A stretch of DNA of 64,000 nucleotides from Myxococcota bacterium (GTDB lineage Bacteria; Myxococcota_A; Polyangia; Nannocystales; Nannocystaceae), in assembly GCA_039194325.1 (NCBI GenBank), contig JBCCWC010000007.1, forward strand, positions 32,001-96,000. Reading direction: 5' to 3'. The stretch's first letter is position 1. Every line of letters begins with the position of its first letter. Positions 52,049-61,999 of this stretch are shown here, in pieces. Made by a program: the position numbers and the translations under genes. Under the pieces are notes generated by a model. It saw only the letters and a list, made by a program, of their open reading frames with translations. It was not told where the DNA came from and did not search any database.

Positions 52049-52575
52049 GTTTCTGAATCCTTCTTGGCTGAATCCTTCTTGGCCGAGTCCTTCTTGCGAG
52101 CCAGGGACTTCAGTCGCATTCGACGCAGCCGCCCGCTGGGCGTGGTTTCGGACCGAGTCCGACGGTTCCACGAGGGACGACCGAGATCTTCGATGAGCTT
52201 CTCGGTACGGGTCTGCCGGCTCGACAGCCAGTCCTCGGCCTGCGCGCGGACATGGAAGGAGCGGGCGTTGGGATCCTCGGCCACGTGGGCGATCCACAGC
52301 GCCAAGCCCCGGTAGCGCGGGCGGCTGGCGATGAACGCGGTGCGAACTCGCCGGTCGGCCAACGCGCGCTGCAAGATCGCGAGGGATTCGCGCGCCTGAC
52401 GGGTGCACCCACTCACTTGCGTGAAATCCACCAGGAGCTCCCGATGGGGCTCTTTACCCCAAGGCAGTAGGATCTTCCAAAGTGCGGCGACTTGAGACTC
52501 GTCGATACCATCCTGAAACCTGACCAGCGCTCGGTGAGGATCCAGAGTATCGATTGTCAGTGACCCTTGAACCAC
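52045..52575 (-). CDS. STAS/SEC14-like domain protein
   Basis: LLVDFTQV..AR...AFI...F...AEDWL pattern. Confidence 0.7.
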   Translation of the reverse strand: MVQGSLTIDTLDPHRALVRFQDGIDESQVAALWKILLPWGKEPHRELLVDFTQVSGCTRQARESLAILQRALADRRVRTAFIASRPRYRGLALWIAHVAEDPNARSFHVRAQAEDWLSSRQTRTEKLIEDLGRPSWNRRTRSETTPSGRLRRMRLKSLARKKDSAKKDSAKKDSET

Positions 52576-52713
52576 GAATTGCGCCCATCATAGGAGCGCC
52601 AATCCTCACCCGCAAACAGCTCGGTCCCGACAAGGCACTTAAGGGCCAACGGCCGCAAAATCACACCGGGATTTCGATTCCGAATGGGACAGGAATCCCG
52701 AGAGACGGAGTGT

Positions 52714-52895
52714 AAACCCACCGGCCGAGCGCACGAATCGAACCCATGGACCGAGCGCATGGACCAAGCGCATAGACCGAACGCACGGACCGAACGCACA
52801 GACCGAACGCACGGACCGAACCCACCGGCCGAACCCACCGGCCGAACCCACCGGCCGACCCCACCGGCCGACCCCACCGGCCGACCCCACCGCCG
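52714..52895. repeat. 13-bp tandem array, 14 copies with gradual sequence drift (GAACGCACGGACC to GACCCCACCGGCC)
   Basis: Units every 13 bp from 52714. Confidence 0.9.
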
Positions 52896-53068
52896 GAACG
52901 ATGGTCAGGCGACGAAGACCGGCCCGACAGCCTGCGCCGGGAGCCTCGTCCCCGCGCTTCGTCGCGCCTCGACTCCATGCGTGCGCGGAGCCATCGCCGC
53001 GGCCAGGGCCGGGTCACTGTAACGGAATCCCTCACAGTCCCGACACCTGGCCGCGGCGGCTCCGGGGG

Positions 53069-53962
53069 TCAGGGGGAACCGGCGGGCAGCACGAACCCCG
53101 CGCCGAGCAGCATCGAGCAGTACCAGTACGTGAACAGTAGATAGCTGCGATGGAGTGCCGATGGACGTTGGTCGAGTACCAGGCGCACGGCGATGAGCCA
53201 CGACAGCCCGGTGGTGAGCGCCTCGAAGGCCCAACTGACGGGCGTGGAGCGCAGCGGAGCGAACATCCACAAGTGGGTCAGCATGGGGAGCAGCGCGGCG
53301 AAGGCAAACGACAGGGCGCCGCACGCTCGGGGTAAGCCGTAGACGATAGGCATCGTACGCCGGCCCAGGGTGCGATCCCCGGCGACGTCGCGCAGATCTT
53401 GGATGTTGCAGAACACGAAGGCGACGAGCGCGAGCCCGGTGACCCACCGCCAGGAGATCGGGCTCATGGGGGCCACGATGGTCCAGGCGGCCGCAAGCTG
53501 AGCGATCACTCCCAGCCCCATGATGAGGCTCTTGGTGACGAAGTGGCGGGCGAACCCGGCGAAGTTGTACAGACAAAAGCACACCTGCCACATCAGGGCC
53601 CACCGAAGAACCCCCAGCAGCTCGCCCACGACAGCAAAGGCGAGCATGCCGACAACCCAGCGCACCCAGGCCCCGGCGACCGTGGTCATGCCGGCCGGTA
53701 GGGGACGATCCGGCTTGTTGAGCTGATCCTCACTCAGGCCGGTGATCTGGTTGGAGACGGCAAATGTGTAGACGTAGAGAAAGAAGTACACAAATGCCGC
53801 CACCAGAGTCGACAGATCGACTCGGCCGACGCTGCGTGAGGCCGCGACCACAAAGAGCATCCCCGGCATCACCGTGGACGAGAAGTCGTAGCGAACGAAC
53901 CCCCAGGACAGGCGAAGCTCGTGCGCGATCCAGCGACTGTAGGTGGATGTCGACTGGATCAT
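53069..53962 (-). CDS. UbiA-superfamily protein, UbiA-type terpene cyclase
   Basis: NQITGLSED (NxxxGxxxD), NKPDRPLP, QDLRDVAGD (QDxxDxxxD), multi-TM. Confidence 0.8.
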   Translation of the reverse strand: MIQSTSTYSRWIAHELRLSWGFVRYDFSSTVMPGMLFVVAASRSVGRVDLSTLVAAFVYFFLYVYTFAVSNQITGLSEDQLNKPDRPLPAGMTTVAGAWVRWVVGMLAFAVVGELLGVLRWALMWQVCFCLYNFAGFARHFVTKSLIMGLGVIAQLAAAWTIVAPMSPISWRWVTGLALVAFVFCNIQDLRDVAGDRTLGRRTMPIVYGLPRACGALSFAFAALLPMLTHLWMFAPLRSTPVSWAFEALTTGLSWLIAVRLVLDQRPSALHRSYLLFTYWYCSMLLGAGFVLPAGSP

Positions 53963-53963
53963 T

Positions 53964-54935
53964 TCACGCCGCTCCCTGGCAGTAGTGCACCAAGGCGCAC
54001 TCGACCTCGTCGATGACCGCGATGATCGCCTCCGGAACCGGCGTGCAGGCCCGGGCGCAGGCCCGCGCTTGCTCGAGGTTGGTCTGCAGCCGCAAGCGCG
54101 TAGCCCCTTCGCCGTACATGATGACCGCATTGGGCCGCCCGAGCGCGGCATCACGGCCGACCGGCTTGCCGCTATCGCCACCGCCGCCGCCACCGCCACG
54201 ATCACTCGAGCAGCAGTCGAGAAGATCATCGGCCAGCTGGAACGCCGCGCCCAGCCAGTGCCCGATCTGACCCCACTGCTCGAAGAAGCATTCTCCCGAG
54301 GCAAGGGCCCCGATCTCGGCCGCAAAGCAGAATAGTGAGGTCGTCTTGAGATGATGGTATCGGCGTAGATCGACGGCTGCCGGGCCGGGGGCACCCGAAG
54401 CGCCGACCGGCCGCTCGCACTCCATCGCCTGCCCGCCGATGATTCCGCGGACCGCCCCGGTGGCGAGGGCCAGCTCGCGACAAAGGGCGAGCGCTCGCTC
54501 CGGATACGGGCCCGGCTCGGCCAGCAGCTCGAAGGCCAGGGTCAGCAGGGCATCACCGACCAGGACCGCCAGCGGCACCCCGTACTCGGCGTGCACGGTG
54601 GCTCGCCCCCGACGGATCGGGGCGTCGTCGAAGCAGGGAAGGTCGTCGTGGACCAGCGAAGCACAGTGGATGAGCTCGACCGCACATGCGGCCCGCAGCG
54701 CCAGCTCGCGCTCGGCGGCGGTCTCGGCCTGAACCATCGCGATGGTCAGGGCCAGGCGAGGCCGGACGCGACGTCCGCCGGGAAACACCGCGTGGTGCAT
54801 CGCCCGATGCAACCAGGGGGAGTTGGGGCCCAGCGGGGGGAGGGCCAGGGCGAGACCTCGCTCGATGGAGGACTCGGCATCGTCGGAGTATTTCCACTGC
54901 CAAGGGGGGCTTGGGGGGACTGGGTATACATCCAT
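53964..54935 (-). CDS. Polyprenyl (probably GGPP) synthase, CrtE-like
   Basis: GGRRVRP, SLVHDDLPCFDD..RRG, GQ, KT, FQLADDLLD; start uncertain. Confidence 0.92.
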   Translation of the reverse strand: MDVYPVPPSPPWQWKYSDDAESSIERGLALALPPLGPNSPWLHRAMHHAVFPGGRRVRPRLALTIAMVQAETAAERELALRAACAVELIHCASLVHDDLPCFDDAPIRRGRATVHAEYGVPLAVLVGDALLTLAFELLAEPGPYPERALALCRELALATGAVRGIIGGQAMECERPVGASGAPGPAAVDLRRYHHLKTTSLFCFAAEIGALASGECFFEQWGQIGHWLGAAFQLADDLLDCCSSDRGGGGGGGDSGKPVGRDAALGRPNAVIMYGEGATRLRLQTNLEQARACARACTPVPEAIIAVIDEVECALVHYCQGAA

Positions 54936-55166
54936 TGTTACACCGAAACTCAGCATGGTGCACACACGGTCGCCGTGCCACCTCTTATGCGGGCCCATTC
55001 GAGTAATCGTGCAAAAAAGGAGATTCACCTACGGTGTCAGATTTCGGTCAGCAGAGGTGTTTCCCGGTGACAAATGATTGACTCGGGGTATGTCGTAAGA
55101 TTGACAGTGAGGGGAACGACCGAGCTCCATTCACTGATTCGATGCGGCGGCCCCGCGGCCGCAGAT

Positions 55167-55268
55167 TGGTGTTTTTGGGCAGTGTTGATGCTTTCGGGCA
55201 GTGTTGGTGCTTTCGGACAGTGCTGGTGCTTTCGGACAGTGCTGGTGCTTTCGGACAGTGCTGGTGCT
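55167..55268. repeat. 19-bp tandem repeat TGGTGCTTTCGGACAGTGC x~5.4
   Basis: Units at 55167, 55186, 55205, 55224, 55243. Confidence 0.9.
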
Positions 55269-55708
55269 CGCCGAGAACCACACTCTGCGAACCGCTACGA
55301 CTAGCCCGCTTGTCATGGTCGAGACTGTCGAGTTCGTCGAACTCGTCGAACTCGTCGAAGCTCACGAGATCCGGATATAGGCTCATCAGTCCAACGACCA
55401 TATCGAGGATCTCTGGGTCACTCTCGTGCTGAATCGATGCGCATCCCAATGCCTCGCGAGCCACCATTCGCCGCGGCCATCGGGTCGCGCTCGTCACTTT
55501 ATGAGCACGGACGGCCAGGGCTACGAGATTCGGGCCCGAGGCAAGCTCAAGCCGAACCGGACATCGAGCGCGTTGGGAGCTCGCGGTCGTCGCCGGGTGC
55601 GCGAGCGCTTCGGCCGATCACGCCCTGCGAGCATGGATCCAGCCGCGTGGCCCCCGATCGAACCCATGACTGGCAAGAAGGTCGGGTTCGCGCGATCCTG
55701 ATCCCCCA

Positions 55709-56323
55709 GTGCTGAAGGCCTTCATCACCCTCTTGCTCCTCGCCTTCGCCGGCCTCGCGATCGCGTTCGTGATCTCGTCGGGTGCGCTGTCGCTCGCGCT
55801 GAGGATGATGTCGCGGGTCTTCGTGAGCGGTCGACGACGCCCAACCCCCACGGTGCGCCGAGGAGGCGGGCTGGTGAGACTACCCGAAGATCTCGCCGGG
55901 CTCGTGCGGAGCCAGCGGCAGCTCGAGGCGGCCATCACCGACCTGCGCGAGCTCTCACCCACGTACCACCGCTCGTCACAGATCGAGCACACCGGCATTC
56001 GAGACGATCGCCGGCACCAGGCGCTACGACGAGACTACGAAGACGCGGTGATCCACGCGACCCGAGCCATGGACCAGTGGCGCACCTGCCTTGGCGCGCT
56101 CGATCCACGAGGACGGGCCCGACTCGAGACGCTCGGGTCGGTGCCCGACGTGCACGGAGTGCTAGAAGATTTTCGCTGGCTCCCTCGGCACGTGTACCAG
56201 GTGGGTCACCTGCATTTTCGTAGCGACCAAGAGGCGTTCGAGCGGCGACTGTTCGCGCTGGGCGACCAGCTCCGACCATTCGAAGAGGCGCTGACCTACG
56301 AGCGCACGCAGGCCTATCGCTAG
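55709..56323 (+). CDS. Hypothetical membrane-anchored protein
   Basis: N-terminal TM, helical body. Confidence 0.6.
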   Translation: MLKAFITLLLLAFAGLAIAFVISSGALSLALRMMSRVFVSGRRRPTPTVRRGGGLVRLPEDLAGLVRSQRQLEAAITDLRELSPTYHRSSQIEHTGIRDDRRHQALRRDYEDAVIHATRAMDQWRTCLGALDPRGRARLETLGSVPDVHGVLEDFRWLPRHVYQVGHLHFRSDQEAFERRLFALGDQLRPFEEALTYERTQAYR

Positions 56324-56353
56324 GCCGACGTGGGCGGCGAGAGCCGGTCTCAT

Positions 56354-56854
56354 TCACATCCTCACCGCCCGGGCGGTGTACCGATGCCTCCACCCGGCTC
56401 GAATCCCGGTCCTATCGTTATGAGTGAGTATTCTTCCACCGAGCCTCCAGCCGTCGACGATCTGGCAGTTCGGCGCGAGCGAATCCCTATGACGCCAGAA
56501 GAAGCTGGTGCAGGTCGGGCAGATCTTTCTAGATGCCGCAAGGCCCCAGACGAGCACCCCCCGCTCTCTCGCCTGGAGCACGACACTAACCTCTGCATGG
56601 TATGGATCTCGGGACATGATGACTCCCAAGCGCTGGAGAGTGGGGTTGTTTCGGATTATCGGTGGAATCAACCGGTCGTTATTCAATCCGATTTCATCAT
56701 ATGAACTGCTGTTGATGCCGAGAACCAGGTCGACGTGAAATGGGTTGGGGCCGATCGCCCCGACGGCAATCGTGTCAAATCCCCTATTCCCCAAGAGGTT
56801 GTGGGCGACATCGGCAAGGAAGAGGAGGTGCTCTTTGGTAGGCAAGGCTGGCAT
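56354..56854 (-). CDS. Putative Zn-dependent nucleotide/nucleic-acid deaminase
   Basis: HAE...ASRKICPTC; AAGGA RBS; lower GC than flanks. Confidence 0.65.
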   Translation of the reverse strand: MPALPTKEHLLFLADVAHNLLGNRGFDTIAVGAIGPNPFHVDLVLGINSSSYDEIGLNNDRLIPPIIRNNPTLQRLGVIMSRDPYHAEVSVVLQARERGVLVWGLAASRKICPTCTSFFWRHRDSLAPNCQIVDGWRLGGRILTHNDRTGIRAGWRHRYTARAVRM

Positions 56855-57198
56855 GTCGATGTCCTTCGTCGTGCGAATATTCGTCGATTGCGTGCGGCAT
56901 CATTCGGGTCAGCAATCGGGAACCCTGCTGAAGCCGGCAGCTGTCGAGCACGAGCCTCACCACCGCTCGCGCGTTTTGGGCGTGTGGCCGGCCGGCTACG
57001 ATCAGCGGTCACGGGAGCCAGGCGGTTTGATTGCCTCGGATCGGATCGGATCGGATCGGATCGGATCCGTGGTCGTGATCATTTTCTAGGTCGGACGCGC
57101 GATGCCACGCACGCTCGACGGACCGAGTCGTTCGAGCACGCCGCTCCTAGCAAAGAGCGCGGGACCTGACGCGGTGTACCATCGGCCCACGGACGCTC

Positions 57199-57564
57199 AT
57201 GAGCCCCTCGTCGAACCCGCTTGTGCCTGGCGCCCCGCCCCCCTTGCGCATGAACAAACCGAGCGAGATCGCCGCCCTGATGCACGCGCAGTGGGATCTG
57301 GGCCTGTCGAGCGGCGTGCTCGTCGCCAACCCCGTGCCCGAAGCCGACGCCATGGATCCCGAGCAGGTCGAGCGCGCGATCACCCGCGCGCTGGCCGACG
57401 CCGAGACCCACGGCGTCACCGGCAAGGACGTCACTCCCTACCTGCTGGCCCGCATCGTCGAGCTCACCGGCGAGCAGAGCCTGCGCAGCAACATCGCCCT
57501 GGTCAAGAACAACGCCCGGCTGGCCGCCCAGATCGCAGACGCGTTCCACCGGCAACTGTCGTAG
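57199..57564 (+). pseudogene. psuG: Pseudouridine-5'-phosphate glycosidase, C-terminal fragment only
   Basis: GVLVANPVP, GKDVTPYLL, SLRSNIALVKNNA; no N-terminal ALESTII region seen upstream. Confidence 0.75.
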
Positions 57565-57710
57565 CCAGGCCACGACAGCCAGGCCGCTCGAATGACCGTC
57601 CGCCATCGGTCGTCGTCCTCGGCTCGTCACGTGCCCAAGGGCCACCACTGGAATTACAGTTCTTTTCCTCGCGAGGATTTCTGGCGCCACGATTGCTTCT
57701 GACATGAGGC

Positions 57711-58910
57711 GTGAACAGGAGTTCTTCCCTTGGCCTTAGCCTTATCGCCACCGCCTTGCTCGTTGCCTGCGGCGGCTCGCTCCGTGACAACACGGACCTG
57801 ATCCCGGAGGGTGAGGAGCTCGACCCGAGCCTCTTCGACGACGAGGGCAAGGACGAAGGAGGCAACGGCGGCGACGACCATGGCGACCATGGCGACCATG
57901 GAGACAATGGCGACGACGGAGACGACGGCCTCGGTGCCGCCGACGACGGTGGTGGCCCCGAGTGCATCAGCGAGCGCTTCGATCTGGCGGCCGAGCCGCC
58001 GTCGGTGATGCTGGTCCTCGACAAGTCCTCGAGCATGAGCGACCAGCGCTGGCTCGACCAGGGTGAGCCGGTCACCCGCTGGCACAGCCTGTACGGCGTA
58101 GTCTCGGATCTGGTCACCACCTACGACTCCACCATCGACTTCGGCGCCACCTTGTTCCCGGCCGCCGAGTCCGGCCGCTACGATCAGGGATTTGCGGCCG
58201 CGTGCCGCGTGGCCGAGGCGCCCGACGTACCGACCGGCCCGGAGGCGAGCGCGGCCATCCTCGACGCGATCCCCGGCCCCGACGTAGCGGTGCAGGGGGC
58301 GACCCCGGCCAGCGCCGGCATGATGACTGCCCTACAGCACCTGGCCCTGGCCGAAGAGGGTCCGCGGGCCGTCCTGCTGGTCACCGACGGCCTGGCCAAC
58401 TGCGCCCACCAGGAAGGCAGCGAGATGTTCCTCTACGACGAGGGCCTGCCGGTGGTCGTCGAGGCCGCGTACGAAGAGCTCGGGATCCCCACCTACGTGG
58501 TCGGCATCGACATCCGCGACGAGCATGTCGACTATGCCAACGCCAACGCGCACGAGGAGCTCGACCACGTCGCGCGCGTGGGGGGCGTCCCCCGCGAAGG
58601 GGGCACCGCCTACTACGCAGCCAACGACGTCGAGGCCCTCGACCAGGCCATGGATCAGATCGCCGCTCGCATCGAGTGCACCGTGCCCCTAAGCACGCCC
58701 GTGCCCGAGGACGCCGACTTCGAGATCACGGTCGACGACACCCCGATGCCCGAGGTGTCCGACTGCGCCGCCGAAGATGGCTGGCGCTTCACCGACCCGG
58801 CCCAGCGCTCGACCATCGAGCTTTGTGGCCAGGCATGCGACGCACTGCGGGTCCACGGCCAAATGGAGCTTCGCGTATGTGAAAAGGGGACGATCACCCC
58901 CGTGCCGTGA
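57711..58910 (+). CDS. VWA domain lipoprotein
   Basis: LVAC lipobox; VLDKSSSM, ATP, LLVTDG. Confidence 0.85.
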   Translation: MNRSSSLGLSLIATALLVACGGSLRDNTDLIPEGEELDPSLFDDEGKDEGGNGGDDHGDHGDHGDNGDDGDDGLGAADDGGGPECISERFDLAAEPPSVMLVLDKSSSMSDQRWLDQGEPVTRWHSLYGVVSDLVTTYDSTIDFGATLFPAAESGRYDQGFAAACRVAEAPDVPTGPEASAAILDAIPGPDVAVQGATPASAGMMTALQHLALAEEGPRAVLLVTDGLANCAHQEGSEMFLYDEGLPVVVEAAYEELGIPTYVVGIDIRDEHVDYANANAHEELDHVARVGGVPREGGTAYYAANDVEALDQAMDQIAARIECTVPLSTPVPEDADFEITVDDTPMPEVSDCAAEDGWRFTDPAQRSTIELCGQACDALRVHGQMELRVCEKGTITPVP

Positions 58911-58939
58911 GAGCCGGGGATCGCCCCGACCCACGACCG

Positions 58940-58976
58940 GCGTCGCGACGGACCCCCCTCCGTCGCGGCGCTTTTT
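58940..58976 (+). terminator. Rho-independent terminator
   Basis: GCGTCGCGACGGA-CCCCCC-TCCGTCGCGGCGC followed by TTTTT. Confidence 0.8.
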
Positions 58977-59274
58977 CATTGACAGTCGCGCGATTACGGT
59001 GCGCGGTCGTCAATTGCACCATCGAAGGCTCGGGCGGAGGCTCGGGCGGAGGCTCGGGCGAAGCGCCGGATCGCCCTCCGGTGACGCTCACCACCCGGAC
59101 CACCAGCGAAAAGAACGCGCTACGAGCCATTACGCGCCGCTTACACTTCGTGCACTGCGGACCGACCGACACGGTGCATGATGCTCTTGTACCAAACCTC
59201 GACGGCCGCGAGCTCCCGGTGAGATCCGAAGGACTCGAATGTGCCAGTCCATTCCTCTGTGAAAGACCTCCACC

Positions 59275-60312
59275 ATGACCAAGTGGTTCCTCATTGCAGC
59301 TCTTCCCCTGACGCTGTGCACCTTCGGCTGCGACAGCAACCCCGACCCTGAGCTGGAGCCAGACAGCGACCTGCTCGAGCGACAGCAGGTCGACGCCGAG
59401 CAAACTAGCCGCGAGCGTGGCCGGCGAAACGGCCCCCCCGCCGAGCGGATCTGCAGCCTCGTCGAGTGCTCGACGGACCAGGAGGCTCGGATCCAGGCAT
59501 TGTTTGGCAAGGCCCATATCGACGGGCCCAAGCGGGACAACTCCGCCAACAAAGCGGCCAAGGCAGCCCTCGCGGTGAAGTTTCGCACCGACACTCTGAC
59601 CGCTGATGACATCGAGACCTATCACGCCGCCATGATGGCGAGCCGGCGGGATGCTCACGCCAACGGCACGAGCCGACTAGATGCGCTGGTCGAGCTTCAT
59701 GACATTCTGACGCCGGGACAGCGCTCGCTGCTGGCCGATGAGCTCGAGCACCGCGGGCTCGGACTGCTCGGCAAGCACGGCAAGCACGGCAAGCACGGCA
59801 AGCGCGGCAAACACGGCGACTTGGGTCGACCGGGCGAGCGCGAAGGTGAAGGCCGTCCGGACCGCTCGCATCGGCGAGTCGAAAAACTGTGCGGGACGCT
59901 CGAGTGCACCGAAGAGCAACGGGCTCAGTTCACCGCGCTGTTCGAGGCCAAGCGGGGCGAGCGACGCGACATGACGGCCGAAGCGAAGGCCGAGCGGGAC
60001 GACAAGAGGTCTCACAAGAAGGCCGCTGCACTGGCGCTGGCGACCGCATTTCGAGCCGAGTCGTTCTCTGCGGCCAACATCGACGCCTTCGATGAGGCCA
60101 TGGCGATGCACCGAGGTAAGGAACGACAAGAAGAAAAAGCCGCGTGCGCCGAGCGGAAGGCGCAGACCGTCCTGGAGATCCACGCCCTGTTGACCCCGGA
60201 GCAGCGCGACCTGGCGGCCACGTTGATCGAAGACAGGGGGATCGGTGCACTCCTGGGCAAGCGGGGCAAGCGAGGCAAGCGAGGCAAGCGGGGCAAGAAG
60301 CTCTACGGCTAA
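59275..60312 (+). CDS. Spy/CpxP-like periplasmic lipoprotein with duplicated domain
   Basis: TFGC lipobox; two copies of L(V)ECxxxQ...LHxxLTPxQR. Confidence 0.7.
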   Translation: MTKWFLIAALPLTLCTFGCDSNPDPELEPDSDLLERQQVDAEQTSRERGRRNGPPAERICSLVECSTDQEARIQALFGKAHIDGPKRDNSANKAAKAALAVKFRTDTLTADDIETYHAAMMASRRDAHANGTSRLDALVELHDILTPGQRSLLADELEHRGLGLLGKHGKHGKHGKRGKHGDLGRPGEREGEGRPDRSHRRVEKLCGTLECTEEQRAQFTALFEAKRGERRDMTAEAKAERDDKRSHKKAAALALATAFRAESFSAANIDAFDEAMAMHRGKERQEEKAACAERKAQTVLEIHALLTPEQRDLAATLIEDRGIGALLGKRGKRGKRGKRGKKLYG

Positions 60313-60400
60313 TCACCACGCGGGCTTTAGTTTGGCGCAGGCCATCGAGGAGTCGCTCGTCGGGCAGACGAGTGACTCCTCGATGCGTTGACCCGGCCCG

Positions 60401-61999
60401 GTGAATAAGAGCTTTACGCAAGATTTACCGCGCAGTCGCGGCCCGGTGGCGCAACCTGCGGCAAAGTTGACTCCCTTGGTCGAAACTTCTCTAGTCCTCA
60501 AGCGAGCCGCAGTGCTCATCGGCCTGGCGGGCCTCGGGCTCGGTGTGTACCTGTGGCTGGTTCAGGACAACGGCTCTACACGTTCACGACGGCGCCGAGA
60601 AGGCGGCCAGCCCGTGCGGGTGATCGAGGCTAAGGAGTACCCGGCAGTCCCTCGCATTACCGGCTATGGCGTCGTCGCGGCGCAGCAAAGCTGGCAAGGA
60701 GTCGCCGAGGTCGGTGGACGTGTCATCGAGGTCGACGATCGCCTTCAGGTGGGTCGCATCGTGCGAGAAGGTACGGTGCTGCTCAAGATCGATCCCGAGG
60801 ATCTCGAGCTCGAGAAGACCAAGTCCGAGTCTAGCGTTCGAGCGGTCAAGGCCCAGATCGCGGAGCTTCGCGCCCAGGAGAAGGGCACCAAAGCCAGCCT
60901 CGTGGTCGAGAAGAAGGTCCTCGCGCTCGCACGCAAAGAGCTCGATCGTACCCAGGGCCTCTACGAGTCGGATGCCTCGTCGCTCGCCGAGCTCGAGACC
61001 GCGGAGCGAGAGGTGCTCGCGGCCGAGAAGGCGGTGATCGCCTTGGAGAACACGCTCGCGGAGTCACCGGCCAGCCGGCGGGTACTCGAAGCACAGCTCG
61101 AGCAGCTGGAGGCCGGGGTCACCGGGGCGGGGCTCCAGCTCGCCCGGACCGAAGTTGTCGCCCCGTTCACGATGCAGATCCGCGAGGTCAATGCCACGGT
61201 GGGCCAGGCGGTGTCTTCGAGCGCGATCCTGGTGGTGGGGGACGGAGTGCGAGCGGTAGAGGTCACGGCCAAGCTTCCGGTCGGCGCCATCGATCCCTTG
61301 TTGCCCGCACGCCCGGATCGTCCGCCTCGACGCGAGGCCAGCGACACCGCGAGCACCGACGCACCCACGCAGCCGGAGCCCTCGGCCACCGCGGACACCA
61401 CCCCAACCCCTCCCCCAACCCCTCCCACAACCCCCCCACAAGCTACATCCGGACGCGACCGGGATTCCGCGGGAGGCGACCGACCTCGCCGCCGGCGAGG
61501 GCGACTCGACCAGATCGCAGAGGCACTCGAGGCCACGGTGACCCTCGAGACTACGGCCGTACGCGAAAGCTGGCCCGCCCGGTTCACTCGCTTCGCGGGG
61601 ATCGACGAGGCCAGCCGCACGCTCGGCGTCGTGGTCGCCGTGGACGAACCTCGGGCCGCCCGCCGTAAGCGGCGGGTGCGGCTATCGCCTGGTCTACACG
61701 TCGAGGTCGAGCTTCGCGGCAAGCCCAAGCCCGGGTGCCTCGCGCTACCCACCGAGGCCGTGCACGGCGACACCGTGCACGTAGCCAGCGTCGAGGATCG
61801 CCTCGAGCTACGACAGGTGGTGCTCTTATGGGCCCAAGAGGACTTCGTGTGCGTGGCCGAGGGGCTCGCGGCTGGCGATCGCGTCGTCACGACGCCACTT
61901 TCACCGGCGGTCGCCGGCATGCTGCTCGAGCCTACCGTCGACGAGTTCGAGGCCCGACGGCTGGTGAAGCTCGTCAGTGAGGGGCAACCCGAGTCGTGA
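60401..61999 (+). CDS. RND efflux periplasmic adaptor (MFP)
   Basis: AEVGGRV, VREGTVLLKID, coiled hairpin, VVAPF, GLAAGDRVV. Confidence 0.88.
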   Translation: MNKSFTQDLPRSRGPVAQPAAKLTPLVETSLVLKRAAVLIGLAGLGLGVYLWLVQDNGSTRSRRRREGGQPVRVIEAKEYPAVPRITGYGVVAAQQSWQGVAEVGGRVIEVDDRLQVGRIVREGTVLLKIDPEDLELEKTKSESSVRAVKAQIAELRAQEKGTKASLVVEKKVLALARKELDRTQGLYESDASSLAELETAEREVLAAEKAVIALENTLAESPASRRVLEAQLEQLEAGVTGAGLQLARTEVVAPFTMQIREVNATVGQAVSSSAILVVGDGVRAVEVTAKLPVGAIDPLLPARPDRPPRREASDTASTDAPTQPEPSATADTTPTPPPTPPTTPPQATSGRDRDSAGGDRPRRRRGRLDQIAEALEATVTLETTAVRESWPARFTRFAGIDEASRTLGVVVAVDEPRAARRKRRVRLSPGLHVEVELRGKPKPGCLALPTEAVHGDTVHVASVEDRLELRQVVLLWAQEDFVCVAEGLAAGDRVVTTPLSPAVAGMLLEPTVDEFEARRLVKLVSEGQPES

